Source of the DNA: a virus
Taxonomy: Duplodnaviria > Caudoviricetes
Direction: 5' to 3' (one strand)
Virus record (IMG/VR): IMGVR_UViG_3300048996_000071
Location: 1-60,544 of that record
DNA: 60,544 nt
Position 1 is the stretch's first letter. Each line of letters starts with the position of its first letter. Shown in pieces: positions 7,984 to 15,170 of this stretch. The translations under genes and the position numbers were made by a program. The notes under the pieces were generated by a model. That model saw nothing but the letters and a program-made list of their open reading frames with translations, was not told the origin of the DNA and made no database searches.

Positions 7984-9129
7984 TCAGCCTACCAACTTGG
8001 CGGCCTTGCGACCGTCCGCGTTGATCACGCCTTCGATGCCGGGGATCGTGCACTTGGTGCCGTCGTTCGGGTCGTTCTTGTCGGGGAACAGGCGGGCTGA
8101 CACCGCGCCCGGGCTCGGCGACTCGGTGCCGTACTCGTCGGACGGAGTCTTGACGATCTCGTTGATCGAGAGCACGGTACCCACGGGCTTGCCGGCGAAG
8201 GCGCTCAGGATATGGTTCGCGATGTTCTTCCGAGTACCGTCGCCCGCCGCGCGAGGCGACCGGGGCGTTGAGGTGCCACTCGCGGCCTTGCGGGGCTTCG
8301 CGACGCTGGCCCGACCCCGGGCCAGCCGGAAGCCCGCCTTGATGACGTCGGTCGCCTCCGGCGCTTCCTTGTCGAGGGCCTCGCGGACCTCCTCGGTCGC
8401 ATCCTCGGGCAGCGCCGCCACCTTGTCCTGATGGGCAGCGTACGCCCGCGCTGCATCGATCAGCTGCTGGGTGGACTGCTCGTTGAGCTTGTCCGGCCAG
8501 TCAGCGTCGACGCCCTCGGGCACCCGCACCATGTAGGGTGCGATGTACAGGCCGAGCACCTGATCGATGAAGGCCTGCGTCACGTCGACGGTCACCTTCG
8601 GCGCCGCCGGCGCCTTCGCGCCGGTGCTGACCAGCGAGTGCTTCTTGATCATGAACCACGAGCGGGCGTACGGCGAAAGCGCCGGGTCCTCCATGGCTCG
8701 GCCGACCTCGGCGTCGACCCAGGTCTTGACCCTGGTGCGGACGGCACCGGCGGGCAGCTCGTTGAACTTGGCCCGAATGTCGTTCAGCACACCGTCGGGG
8801 AAGAAGCCGGTGCTTTCGTCGCGCACGTCGCTGCAGATCAGGCCGCCGACCCAGTCGCCCGATTCGTTCCTGACGCCGAGGTAGTCGATGAAGTCGGTGG
8901 CGAGCTTGTCGAGACGCGCAGCCTCGGCAGCGGCTTCCGCCTTGGCCTTCGCCTCGGTTTCGGCCGCAGCAGCAGCCTTCTGCTCCTCGGTCAGCTCGAC
9001 CGGCGCCTCGGGCGTGCCCTCGGTGGTCGAGTCGACCGCGTTGGGGTCGGTCGACTCAGCGCTGGCTTCGGTGCTGACAGTCACGGTCTCGGTCTCGCCG
9101 AGCACCGCACCGTCCTGGGAGTCAGACAT
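7984..9129 (-). CDS. acidic/Ala-rich protein with putative C-terminal winged-helix-like domain (paralog 1)
   Basis: GGAGG RBS; C-terminus HILSAF...EYG..SPSPGAVSARLF is shared with the two adjacent genes. Confidence 0.8.
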   Translation of the reverse strand: MSDSQDGAVLGETETVTVSTEASAESTDPNAVDSTTEGTPEAPVELTEEQKAAAAAETEAKAKAEAAAEAARLDKLATDFIDYLGVRNESGDWVGGLICSDVRDESTGFFPDGVLNDIRAKFNELPAGAVRTRVKTWVDAEVGRAMEDPALSPYARSWFMIKKHSLVSTGAKAPAAPKVTVDVTQAFIDQVLGLYIAPYMVRVPEGVDADWPDKLNEQSTQQLIDAARAYAAHQDKVAALPEDATEEVREALDKEAPEATDVIKAGFRLARGRASVAKPRKAASGTSTPRSPRAAGDGTRKNIANHILSAFAGKPVGTVLSINEIVKTPSDEYGTESPSPGAVSARLFPDKNDPNDGTKCTIPGIEGVINADGRKAAKLVG

Positions 9130-9179
9130 GTGCACCTCCAAGGTGTACGATAGTGTGTGTTCTCCGTGCGTCACCACCT

Positions 9180-9208
9180 ATGCTAGGCGATGGTTGGTCC
9201 TGTGTCCA
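9180..9208 (-). promoter_or_regulatory. promoter
   Basis: TGGACA-17-TAGCAT. Confidence 0.55.
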
Positions 9209-9397
9209 GCCGACCGGCGAAGATTTTTCCAACGTCGCTCGACCACGGACAACCCGACTATCGGGTGCCCTTGTGCGGGTGTGGATCGCGAGGCCCACAT
9301 TACGCTAACCCGCCCTGTTGCTAACCAGCAGAGTTGAATCCGCTGATTGTGACACTGTCGTCGTCCTCGATGTCTATGGCCAGGTATTCCCGGGCCA

Positions 9398-9853
9398 TCA
9401 GGCTACCTTGATCGCACCCTTCCTGCCAGCAGGGTACGCATCGCTGATGATCAGCGTACCCTTGACGTTGCCAACCGTGCGCGGCGTGCCGTCGGCGTCG
9501 AAGAGTCGCGCCGCAACGGCACCGGCCCCCGGAGAGTCGTCGCCGTACTCCACGGAACGATGCCTGGCGATCTCGGCGACCGTCAGCTCCGCGTGCTCGG
9601 GCTTGTCGGTAAAGGCACTGATGATGTGCTGGCCGACATCACGTCGCGGGCCGAAATACTTCTCGGCAAGATCAACCTTCGGCGCAGGCTCCTCCTCGTC
9701 GTATGCGCTCTTCCCGGTTTCGATCGTCTCGGCGAATTTGTCAAACGCCTCGGCGATCGACGAGTACACTCTCGCCTCGATGTGATCTTCCGTCAGATTG
9801 TAGTTCATGCGGAACTCTCGCGCAACGGCACGAGCCGCTCTGACTGCGTCCAT
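9398..9853 (-). CDS. putative winged-helix-like protein (paralog 2), leaderless
   Basis: HIISAF...EYGDDSPGAGAVAARLF; ATG lies 6 nt after the -10 box. Confidence 0.8.
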   Translation of the reverse strand: MDAVRAARAVAREFRMNYNLTEDHIEARVYSSIAEAFDKFAETIETGKSAYDEEEPAPKVDLAEKYFGPRRDVGQHIISAFTDKPEHAELTVAEIARHRSVEYGDDSPGAGAVAARLFDADGTPRTVGNVKGTLIISDAYPAGRKGAIKVA

Positions 9854-9859
9854 ACAACC

Positions 9860-9889
9860 ATCCTACCTTACACAGGCCGGTCATGTCAA
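9860..9889 (-). promoter_or_regulatory. leaderless promoter
   Basis: TTGACA-18-TAGGAT-6-ATG. Confidence 0.8.
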
Positions 9890-9899
9890 CCAGCTTTGT

Positions 9900-9938
9900 G
9901 CCTGGGGCGGGAATCGAACCCGCCCTGCACCATCAGGC
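9900..9938 (-). ncRNA. tRNA-like minihelix element
   Basis: GCCTG-ATGGTGCA-GGGCGGG-TTCGATT-CCCGCCC-CAGGC. Confidence 0.8.
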
Positions 9939-10565
9939 TACCCTTTCTCCACCCTTCACGTTGTTGACGTAGCAGGGCACGATGCCCGGCGTGAGCGACT
10001 CACGCTTCCCGTCGTCCGTACGGAACAGCCACGCCATGACGGCACCAGGTGACGGGTGGTTGTTGCCGTACTCCTCCGACGTGTGCGCGACAATCTGGGC
10101 AATCGTCAGCTTCGTGCCGATCGGCAGGTCAGCGAATGCCGAGATGATGTGCCTGGAGACCTGGCGCCGAACGGGCGTGCGCTGTAGGGCAGGATCACCC
10201 TTCGGCCCACAGTCCGGCCTCGGCTGCAACACAGCCTGCTCGTTGCGCCGCTGAATCACCCAGGGCCAATCGCCATCGATCAGGCCCTGCACGATCGCGC
10301 CAGCCAGCACCAAATTCAGCTGATCGAGGTTGGCGCCGCACTCGGCGGCCAGCGTATTGTAGTCGACCTGCATGCGGTCCCGAGCATCTGCATCGGGTGC
10401 GTAGTGAAGCAGCACCTCAAGCAGACTATAGCTCGCCGTACCGGGACCTGTCATGTCCCCTCCGATGATGATTCGCCGTAGTGTCTGGCTGGCCGTTTCG
10501 TGCGGGTACGCCATGCGGCGTATCTGTTCCCGCACTTCGTTGTCTACGCGCACCATTCTACTCAT
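9933..10565 (-). CDS. putative DNA-binding protein (RHH-like N-terminus, winged-helix-like C-terminus; paralog 3)
   Basis: N-terminus MVRVDNEVREQIRR..TASQTLRRII; C-terminus HIISAF...EYGNNHPSPGAV. Confidence 0.75.
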   Translation of the reverse strand: MSRMVRVDNEVREQIRRMAYPHETASQTLRRIIIGGDMTGPGTASYSLLEVLLHYAPDADARDRMQVDYNTLAAECGANLDQLNLVLAGAIVQGLIDGDWPWVIQRRNEQAVLQPRPDCGPKGDPALQRTPVRRQVSRHIISAFADLPIGTKLTIAQIVAHTSEEYGNNHPSPGAVMAWLFRTDDGKRESLTPGIVPCYVNNVKGGERVA

Positions 10566-10846
10566 GCGGCCACATTCCCGACTATGTCAGGCTGAGCAAC
10601 ATTCGGGTCGATGCCGACGGCTTTCGCCAGTCGACGTCCACCTGCAGTGCGGTAGAACCACAGCTGGTAATCTTGCATCCAGCTACGTACGCACTTCGTC
10701 GTCGGACACACCGTGTTCTGGTGGTCGCAGTGGTAGGATAGCCACTTGATCTCCAACTGGTACCAGGCGCCGTCCTGTTTCAGGACGGACGGCACGTAGT
10801 TGTAACCAGACAGCTTCCGTAGGTTGCGATACCTTTGTCTACCCAT
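10562..10846 (-). CDS. hypothetical protein, leaderless
   Basis: ATG 10846 lies 6 nt after TAGGAT. Confidence 0.7.
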   Translation of the reverse strand: MGRQRYRNLRKLSGYNYVPSVLKQDGAWYQLEIKWLSYHCDHQNTVCPTTKCVRSWMQDYQLWFYRTAGGRRLAKAVGIDPNVAQPDIVGNVAA

Positions 10847-10852
10847 GTACAC

Positions 10853-10881
10853 ATCCTATCACATGGATCGTTCACTTGCAA
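10853..10881 (-). promoter_or_regulatory. leaderless promoter
   Basis: TTGCAA-17-TAGGAT-6-ATG. Confidence 0.75.
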
Positions 10882-10917
10882 CCCCACTCTCCCAGAGCTT
10901 CAGGAGATTAGGAAAGC

Positions 10918-10957
10918 GCCTGGGGCGGGAATCGAACCCGCCCTGCACCTATCAGGC
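10918..10957 (-). ncRNA. tRNA-like minihelix element
   Basis: GCCTG-ATAGGTGCA-GGGCGGG-TTCGATT-CCCGCCC-CAGGC. Confidence 0.8.
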
Positions 10958-10967
10958 TTTGTGCACC

Positions 10968-11429
10968 TCAGCGACCGCCAGGCTGCCAACCATCAGGGCT
11001 GCTCGGACGCTTGGTGTGATCGCCAACCTCGAACCCGACCATTCTTTCGCGTCGGATCTGGTCAGTGATGTCCTGCTGGCCCTGCGCTTTATTGCGCCTG
11101 GGCAGCCCAGCCTCTGTCGGCTCGCTGGGCTCCGTGCCATCTGGACCCATCAGCGACGGGTTCCGCAGGAACACGCATTCCAGCATCGCCTGCGCGATGA
11201 AGTCGAACTCCTCACCCATCCGACCGGGCGTGTGCCCGAGGTTGGTCAGAAAGTCGACCGCCGCGTCTTTGGCGCCGTCGTAGATCCGTTCACCTTCCGA
11301 CAGGCCAAGAGTCAGCGCCAGGCGCAACCTCAACGACTGGTGAAGCATGCTCACCTGCCTGTGAGTCATCCTGTCGATAATGCTGACCTGGTCGAGTACG
11401 CCTTCGGCGTACTCGTGCTCATCTGGCAT
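10968..11429 (-). CDS. hypothetical protein (MPDEHEY...), paralog of 12281..12583
   Basis: Start follows the conserved ACTAGTCATG motif; shared DGA.D.A and Q.MLEC.F motifs. Confidence 0.7.
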   Translation of the reverse strand: MPDEHEYAEGVLDQVSIIDRMTHRQVSMLHQSLRLRLALTLGLSEGERIYDGAKDAAVDFLTNLGHTPGRMGEEFDFIAQAMLECVFLRNPSLMGPDGTEPSEPTEAGLPRRNKAQGQQDITDQIRRERMVGFEVGDHTKRPSSPDGWQPGGR

Positions 11430-11475
11430 GACTAGTGCCTCCCTACCATGTGCGCAGTAGTCTACTGCGCTACGT

Positions 11476-11523
11476 GCCTGGGCGAGGAATCGCACCCCGC
11501 CTGCACCGAACTATCGGCCAGGC
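11476..11523 (-). ncRNA. tRNA-like minihelix element (variant loop TGCGATT)
   Basis: GCCTG..GGTGCA-GGCGGGG-TGCGATT-CCTCGCC-CAGGC. Confidence 0.7.
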
Positions 11524-11525
11524 TA

Positions 11526-11606
11526 TCAGGTTTTGAGCGCTATGTACAGGGCCGCGGCAATGATTGCCGTTACCCAGAACACGCGTTTGAATGTGCCCCA
11601 GTCCAT
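11526..11606 (-). CDS. 26-aa membrane peptide MDWGTFKRVFWVTAIIAAALYIALKT
   Basis: Manual translation; GGGAGG RBS; stop lies 2 nt before a tRNA-like element. Confidence 0.6.
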   Translation of the reverse strand: MDWGTFKRVFWVTAIIAAALYIALKT

Positions 11607-11618
11607 GATACCTCCCTG

Positions 11619-12185
11619 TTACAGGTCGATCGTGGAGTGTCCGCATTCGAGCTCGTAGGCTGCCGTAGGATCACGGTGCGCCTCAACCACGAACCGACGG
11701 ACCACCCTGGGCGCACGCAGCGTACCGTCCACGAGGGGCGGGCAGCTATAGCATGGCCTGCGCTCGGGCGGCTGGACAAGGTGGCACCCGCAACCCAGCA
11801 CCTCGGTGTCCCGCTGTGGCCTGGCCCGGTAATCCCGGTACCAGTCCACCAGGGGCACGCGGACCAGGTGAATCGGGCAGTCGCGCAGCTCGGACAGACT
11901 CATCAGGCGCTCGTACTCGGCATGCCGCACGTCATCGGCACGGGACAGGTCGAGACCCTCCCGGTCGAACACGTGCTCGCAGTAACCCTCGTACGAGTGC
12001 TTGCCGCGCCTGGTGATCTCAGTGCCGCTGCCACAGGGCACGCAGTACCACGTGAACCGCAGCCAGCTGATCAGCGAGGCTCGGGATTCCGATTTGTACT
12101 CGAATCCCTGCAGCCAGTCGTAATACCAGTCCAGCTGCGCGTCACGACGGAACGAACGCACCTCGGCGTCTTCCATGTCACCCAT
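11619..12185 (-). CDS. Cys-rich hypothetical protein
   Basis: CVPC, CEH, CPIH, GCGCH, CYSC, ECGH motifs; conserved start motif. Confidence 0.7.
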   Translation of the reverse strand: MGDMEDAEVRSFRRDAQLDWYYDWLQGFEYKSESRASLISWLRFTWYCVPCGSGTEITRRGKHSYEGYCEHVFDREGLDLSRADDVRHAEYERLMSLSELRDCPIHLVRVPLVDWYRDYRARPQRDTEVLGCGCHLVQPPERRPCYSCPPLVDGTLRAPRVVRRFVVEAHRDPTAAYELECGHSTIDL

Positions 12186-12236
12186 GACTAGTGGGCCTTC
12201 CTACCATGGCCAGCCCCTGTCTAGGGCCAGCTACGC

Positions 12237-12276
12237 GCCTGGGGCGGGAATCGAACCCGCCCTGCACCAATCAGGC
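12237..12276 (-). ncRNA. tRNA-like minihelix element
   Basis: GCCTG-ATTGGTGCA-GGGCGGG-TTCGATT-CCCGCCC-CAGGC. Confidence 0.8.
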
Positions 12277-12280
12277 TTTA

Positions 12281-12583
12281 TCAGGTGACGATCTGCTTTT
12301 GTGCGAGCCTGTCCATGAACGGAACGTCATACATGAACGCGCACTCCAACATGGTCTGCGTGAGCCCATCGTACGATGGGCTCTGTGGATCGACCACGCC
12401 CGAGTCGTGAATCAGACTGATGGCGCGATCAACGGCGCCATCACGAATACTGGTCGCCTCGCTACTGGTTTCCAGCAGTACCGTCCTATTGATCAGGACG
12501 TTGTACAGCTGGAAGGTCAACTCTGTGGCCCGATCGTCCATGATCTGGCGAACGTCGTCGACCGTGAAGCTAGACTGTGACAT
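12281..12583 (-). CDS. hypothetical protein, leaderless
   Basis: TAGACA-17-TAGGAT-6-ATG (12590-12618). Confidence 0.75.
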   Translation of the reverse strand: MSQSSFTVDDVRQIMDDRATELTFQLYNVLINRTVLLETSSEATSIRDGAVDRAISLIHDSGVVDPQSPSYDGLTQTMLECAFMYDVPFMDRLAQKQIVT

Positions 12584-12631
12584 ACAGCCATCCTACTCTA
12601 CCGGCCAGCCCCTGTCTAGGGCCAGCACTGC

Positions 12632-12670
12632 GCCTGGGGTGGGAATCGAACCCACCCTGCACCATCAGGC
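12632..12670 (-). ncRNA. tRNA-like minihelix element
   Basis: GGGTGGG-TTCGATT-CCCACCC, a compensatory change relative to the other copies. Confidence 0.8.
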
Positions 12671-12677
12671 CTTCTGT

Positions 12678-13097
12678 TCAGCCGCCCAGAATACGATCGG
12701 CATAGTCCTCGTTGTACCACACGTTGCCAGCTCGATCCAGGCACGCCGATCCCTCCGCCTCGTGGCCGAGGTAGTCGGTACAGCGGCCAGCCTCATCGGA
12801 GGAAGACTTGCACCTGCCAAGGTAGCCCACCATGTCGAATCCCAGCTCGTCCAGTTTCGCGTTGCTGGGCTTCTGACCCTGGTAGGCCAGTGGCGTCGCC
12901 ACGTCGGTTGCAGCGAAGTCAGCCGGAATCACGCAGAACGCGATCCAGTCATACTCCTCCATGTCACGGACGGCGTTCAGGATGTGCTCCTGGACCAGGG
13001 CGTTCGACCGAAAGGTCTCTTCGCCCTGCATGAACACGTCCGTCTCGGTCTGCTCGCCTGATCGAAGCGCGATCGTCACGTTTGCCCGTACAGCCAT
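12678..13097 (-). CDS. hypothetical protein (MAVRANVT...)
   Basis: Start follows the ATTAGTCATG motif. Confidence 0.7.
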   Translation of the reverse strand: MAVRANVTIALRSGEQTETDVFMQGEETFRSNALVQEHILNAVRDMEEYDWIAFCVIPADFAATDVATPLAYQGQKPSNAKLDELGFDMVGYLGRCKSSSDEAGRCTDYLGHEAEGSACLDRAGNVWYNEDYADRILGG

Positions 13098-13144
13098 GAC
13101 TAATGACCTTCCTACCATGTGCGCAGCTGTCTACTACGCAACGC

Positions 13145-13183
13145 GCCTGGGGCGGGAATCGAACCCGCCCTGCACCATCAGGC
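13145..13183 (-). ncRNA. tRNA-like minihelix element
   Basis: Identical to the 9900-9938 copy. Confidence 0.8.
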
Positions 13184-13187
13184 CTTA

Positions 13188-13484
13188 CTAGAGTTTCGCG
13201 ATCCAGAAGATCCACCTGCCGACCAGGAACGACTGGCCACCGTTGCGCTCGACATCGGCCTCGACGCGTTCAGTGTCGAGGACGCGAAGCGAGGCTTCCA
13301 GGTTGAAACGCTGGTAGGCGGTCAGCACCTGGCGCCCGCCCTCACCTTTGAGAATAGCGCCGAAGCCCTTCCAGGCATCCTCGAAGTTCGGGTATTCGAT
13401 GGTGTTGGCAGTGATGGTGGCGTGTCCTGGGCTGTTCCAGCCCACGGTCCACGTACCGGCCGTCTTGATCATTTCGACAGTCAT
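13188..13484 (-). CDS. hypothetical protein (MTVEMIK...)
   Basis: Start follows the ACTAGTCATG motif. Confidence 0.7.
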   Translation of the reverse strand: MTVEMIKTAGTWTVGWNSPGHATITANTIEYPNFEDAWKGFGAILKGEGGRQVLTAYQRFNLEASLRVLDTERVEADVERNGGQSFLVGRWIFWIAKL

Positions 13485-13534
13485 GACTAGTGACCATTCT
13501 ACCCAGGCCAGCCCCTGTCTAGGGCCAGCTTTGC

Positions 13535-13581
13535 GCCTGAGGCGGGAATCGAACCCACCCACACCCCACCAGGAGCCAGGC
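13535..13581 (-). ncRNA. tRNA-like minihelix element
   Basis: GCCTG..GGGTGGG-TTCGATT-CCCGCCT-CAGGC with G-U pairs. Confidence 0.75.
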
Positions 13582-13588
13582 TTTTGTA

Positions 13589-13864
13589 CTAGTCGCCGTA
13601 GCAGCGGAAGCAGTAGCTCCATCCCCTGCACCAGTGACCCTGGTCGATGGCCGCACCCCAAGGGGTACGGTACAGCACTCCCTCGCGTCGCATGGCAGCG
13701 AATGCCAGCTCGACAGCGTACTCCTCGGCGAGCGGTGGCTGACTATAACGCACCTCGTGAGGCAGGTCATAGTCAACATAGTAGCTCACCCACCAGTCCA
13801 CCTGGAAGGTGAACATCTTCCGCTGGTGTTCCGGCAGCATGCCCAATGCAACTTCCAGCTTCAT
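13589..13864 (-). CDS. hypothetical protein
   Basis: 91 aa; conserved upstream module. Confidence 0.7.
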   Translation of the reverse strand: MKLEVALGMLPEHQRKMFTFQVDWWVSYYVDYDLPHEVRYSQPPLAEEYAVELAFAAMRREGVLYRTPWGAAIDQGHWCRGWSYCFRCYGD

Positions 13865-13915
13865 AGCTAGAGTCCCATTCTACCCTGGCTGGCCCCTGTC
13901 TAGGACCAGCACTGT

Positions 13916-13957
13916 GTCCAGGGTGGGAGTCGAACCCACCAGATCACCAATCTGGAC
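13916..13957 (-). ncRNA. tRNA-like minihelix element
   Basis: GTCCAG..GGTGGG-TTCGACT-CCCACC-CTGGAC (6+6 bp, covarying). Confidence 0.75.
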
Positions 13958-14061
13958 GCGTGGCAGGGTTATTTGAGATCACGCACATTGCCTGGCCAGC
14001 CTGTGCGTAACCTGCGAGGTACCATACTGAGCCGCCCCATGCCATACAGAGGCCCTCTACG

Positions 14062-14127
14062 TAGCATCCCGGAATCGAATCCGGCAGTAGACGAGGAGTG
14101 CCCGCCCACCGGCTAACCTGCAATGCC
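14062..14127 (-). ncRNA. degenerate tRNA-like element
   Basis: GGCATT...CCGGATTCGATTCCGG-GATGCT-A; stack is imperfect. Confidence 0.4.
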
Positions 14128-14162
14128 GACCACTCACCACCCCCGTCCTTGGGGGTGAGTCC

Positions 14163-14789
14163 CTATTTGCCAGTGTATTCGCGCACCTGGCGAGCGTGTT
14201 CGATGGCGACCCTGGCAGCCCGCATGATCTGCGGACTGAGTTTGCCCGTGAACCCGTACTTGGACTTCACGTAGGCAGCGATCTCGGCCCTGGTCGGGCC
14301 GTTGCCGCTGGCGCCACCGTTGCTGGAGCTGGTGCGGGTGCTGGCAGCGCGCTTGGGTGCAGCGCCGCCCTTCGGCGCACGCTTCACCTTCGACGCGGCG
14401 GCAGCCCTGTTGTCCAGCTTCTCGGCAACAGCGGGCTTCACCACGCGGGCCACCTTTAGCGGACCGTCAGGCGTGTCGATCATGCGCTGGACCAGGCGAT
14501 CACGACCCACGAACCAGACACCTTTGTCAGTGTCATAGCGCGGGTAGTTGTCGACCTCGTCCTGGCTGACCGAGATGCCGGGTCGGGGACTGGCGGGCGT
14601 GTTGTTCGGCGCTGATTCCAACGGCGAACGCACGCCCACGCAGAACCCCGTCATCGGGTTCACCACGTCGACCAGTTTGTTACCACCCAGGTCTCGGCGA
14701 CGCAGCATGGAATGAGGTTCGACCCGATTCTGGACGAACATGCGTTCCGTGCGCAGCTGTTCCTGCGTGATCACAATTGGTTCAGTCAT
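14163..14789 (-). CDS. basic protein with Lys/Ala linker and possible Lsr2-like C-terminal DNA-binding module
   Basis: C-terminus RAEIAAYVKSKYGFTGKLSPQIMRAA; conserved start motif. Confidence 0.7.
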   Translation of the reverse strand: MTEPIVITQEQLRTERMFVQNRVEPHSMLRRRDLGGNKLVDVVNPMTGFCVGVRSPLESAPNNTPASPRPGISVSQDEVDNYPRYDTDKGVWFVGRDRLVQRMIDTPDGPLKVARVVKPAVAEKLDNRAAAASKVKRAPKGGAAPKRAASTRTSSSNGGASGNGPTRAEIAAYVKSKYGFTGKLSPQIMRAARVAIEHARQVREYTGK

Positions 14790-14836
14790 GACTAATGACC
14801 TTCCTACCATGTGCGCAGCTGTCTACTACGCAACGC

Positions 14837-14876
14837 GCCTGGGTGGGGAATCGAACCCCACCTGCACCTATCAGGC
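14837..14876 (-). ncRNA. tRNA-like minihelix element
   Basis: GCCTG-ATAGGTGCA-GGTGGGG-TTCGATT-CCCCACC-CAGGC. Confidence 0.8.
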
Positions 14877-15122
14877 TTTGTTATTCGAAGTGATGTCAAC
14901 CGTGATGTCAGCCGTGACCAGTTCTCCCTGCATCGCGTTCAGCTCCAGCTTCACGAAGTGCAGGTACTCGTCATCGGTCATCAGGCCCCTGCGATATTGC
15001 GCCAGGATCTTTTCCAGGTACGCCATGTGCGTCGCACGGATGGCATCACTGATCATGTCGTTCAGCTTCCTGGTACGCCTGGTCATCGGCCGCTCGACAG
15101 CTTCGATGGTGATTTCCGGCAT
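14871..15122 (-). CDS. hypothetical protein
   Basis: 83 aa; GGGAGG RBS; stop lies inside the tRNA-like element. Confidence 0.7.
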   Translation of the reverse strand: MPEITIEAVERPMTRRTRKLNDMISDAIRATHMAYLEKILAQYRRGLMTDDEYLHFVKLELNAMQGELVTADITVDITSNNKA

Positions 15123-15170
15123 GACTAATGCCTCCCTACCAGTGCGTGCCCCTGTCTAGGACACGCTAGC

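Noticed and set aside
11430-14810. N-terminal extensions such as MVGRSLVM or MRFLAQ... in the ORF track
   Set aside because: They are translations of the repeated non-coding module; the real starts are at the conserved AGTCATG.
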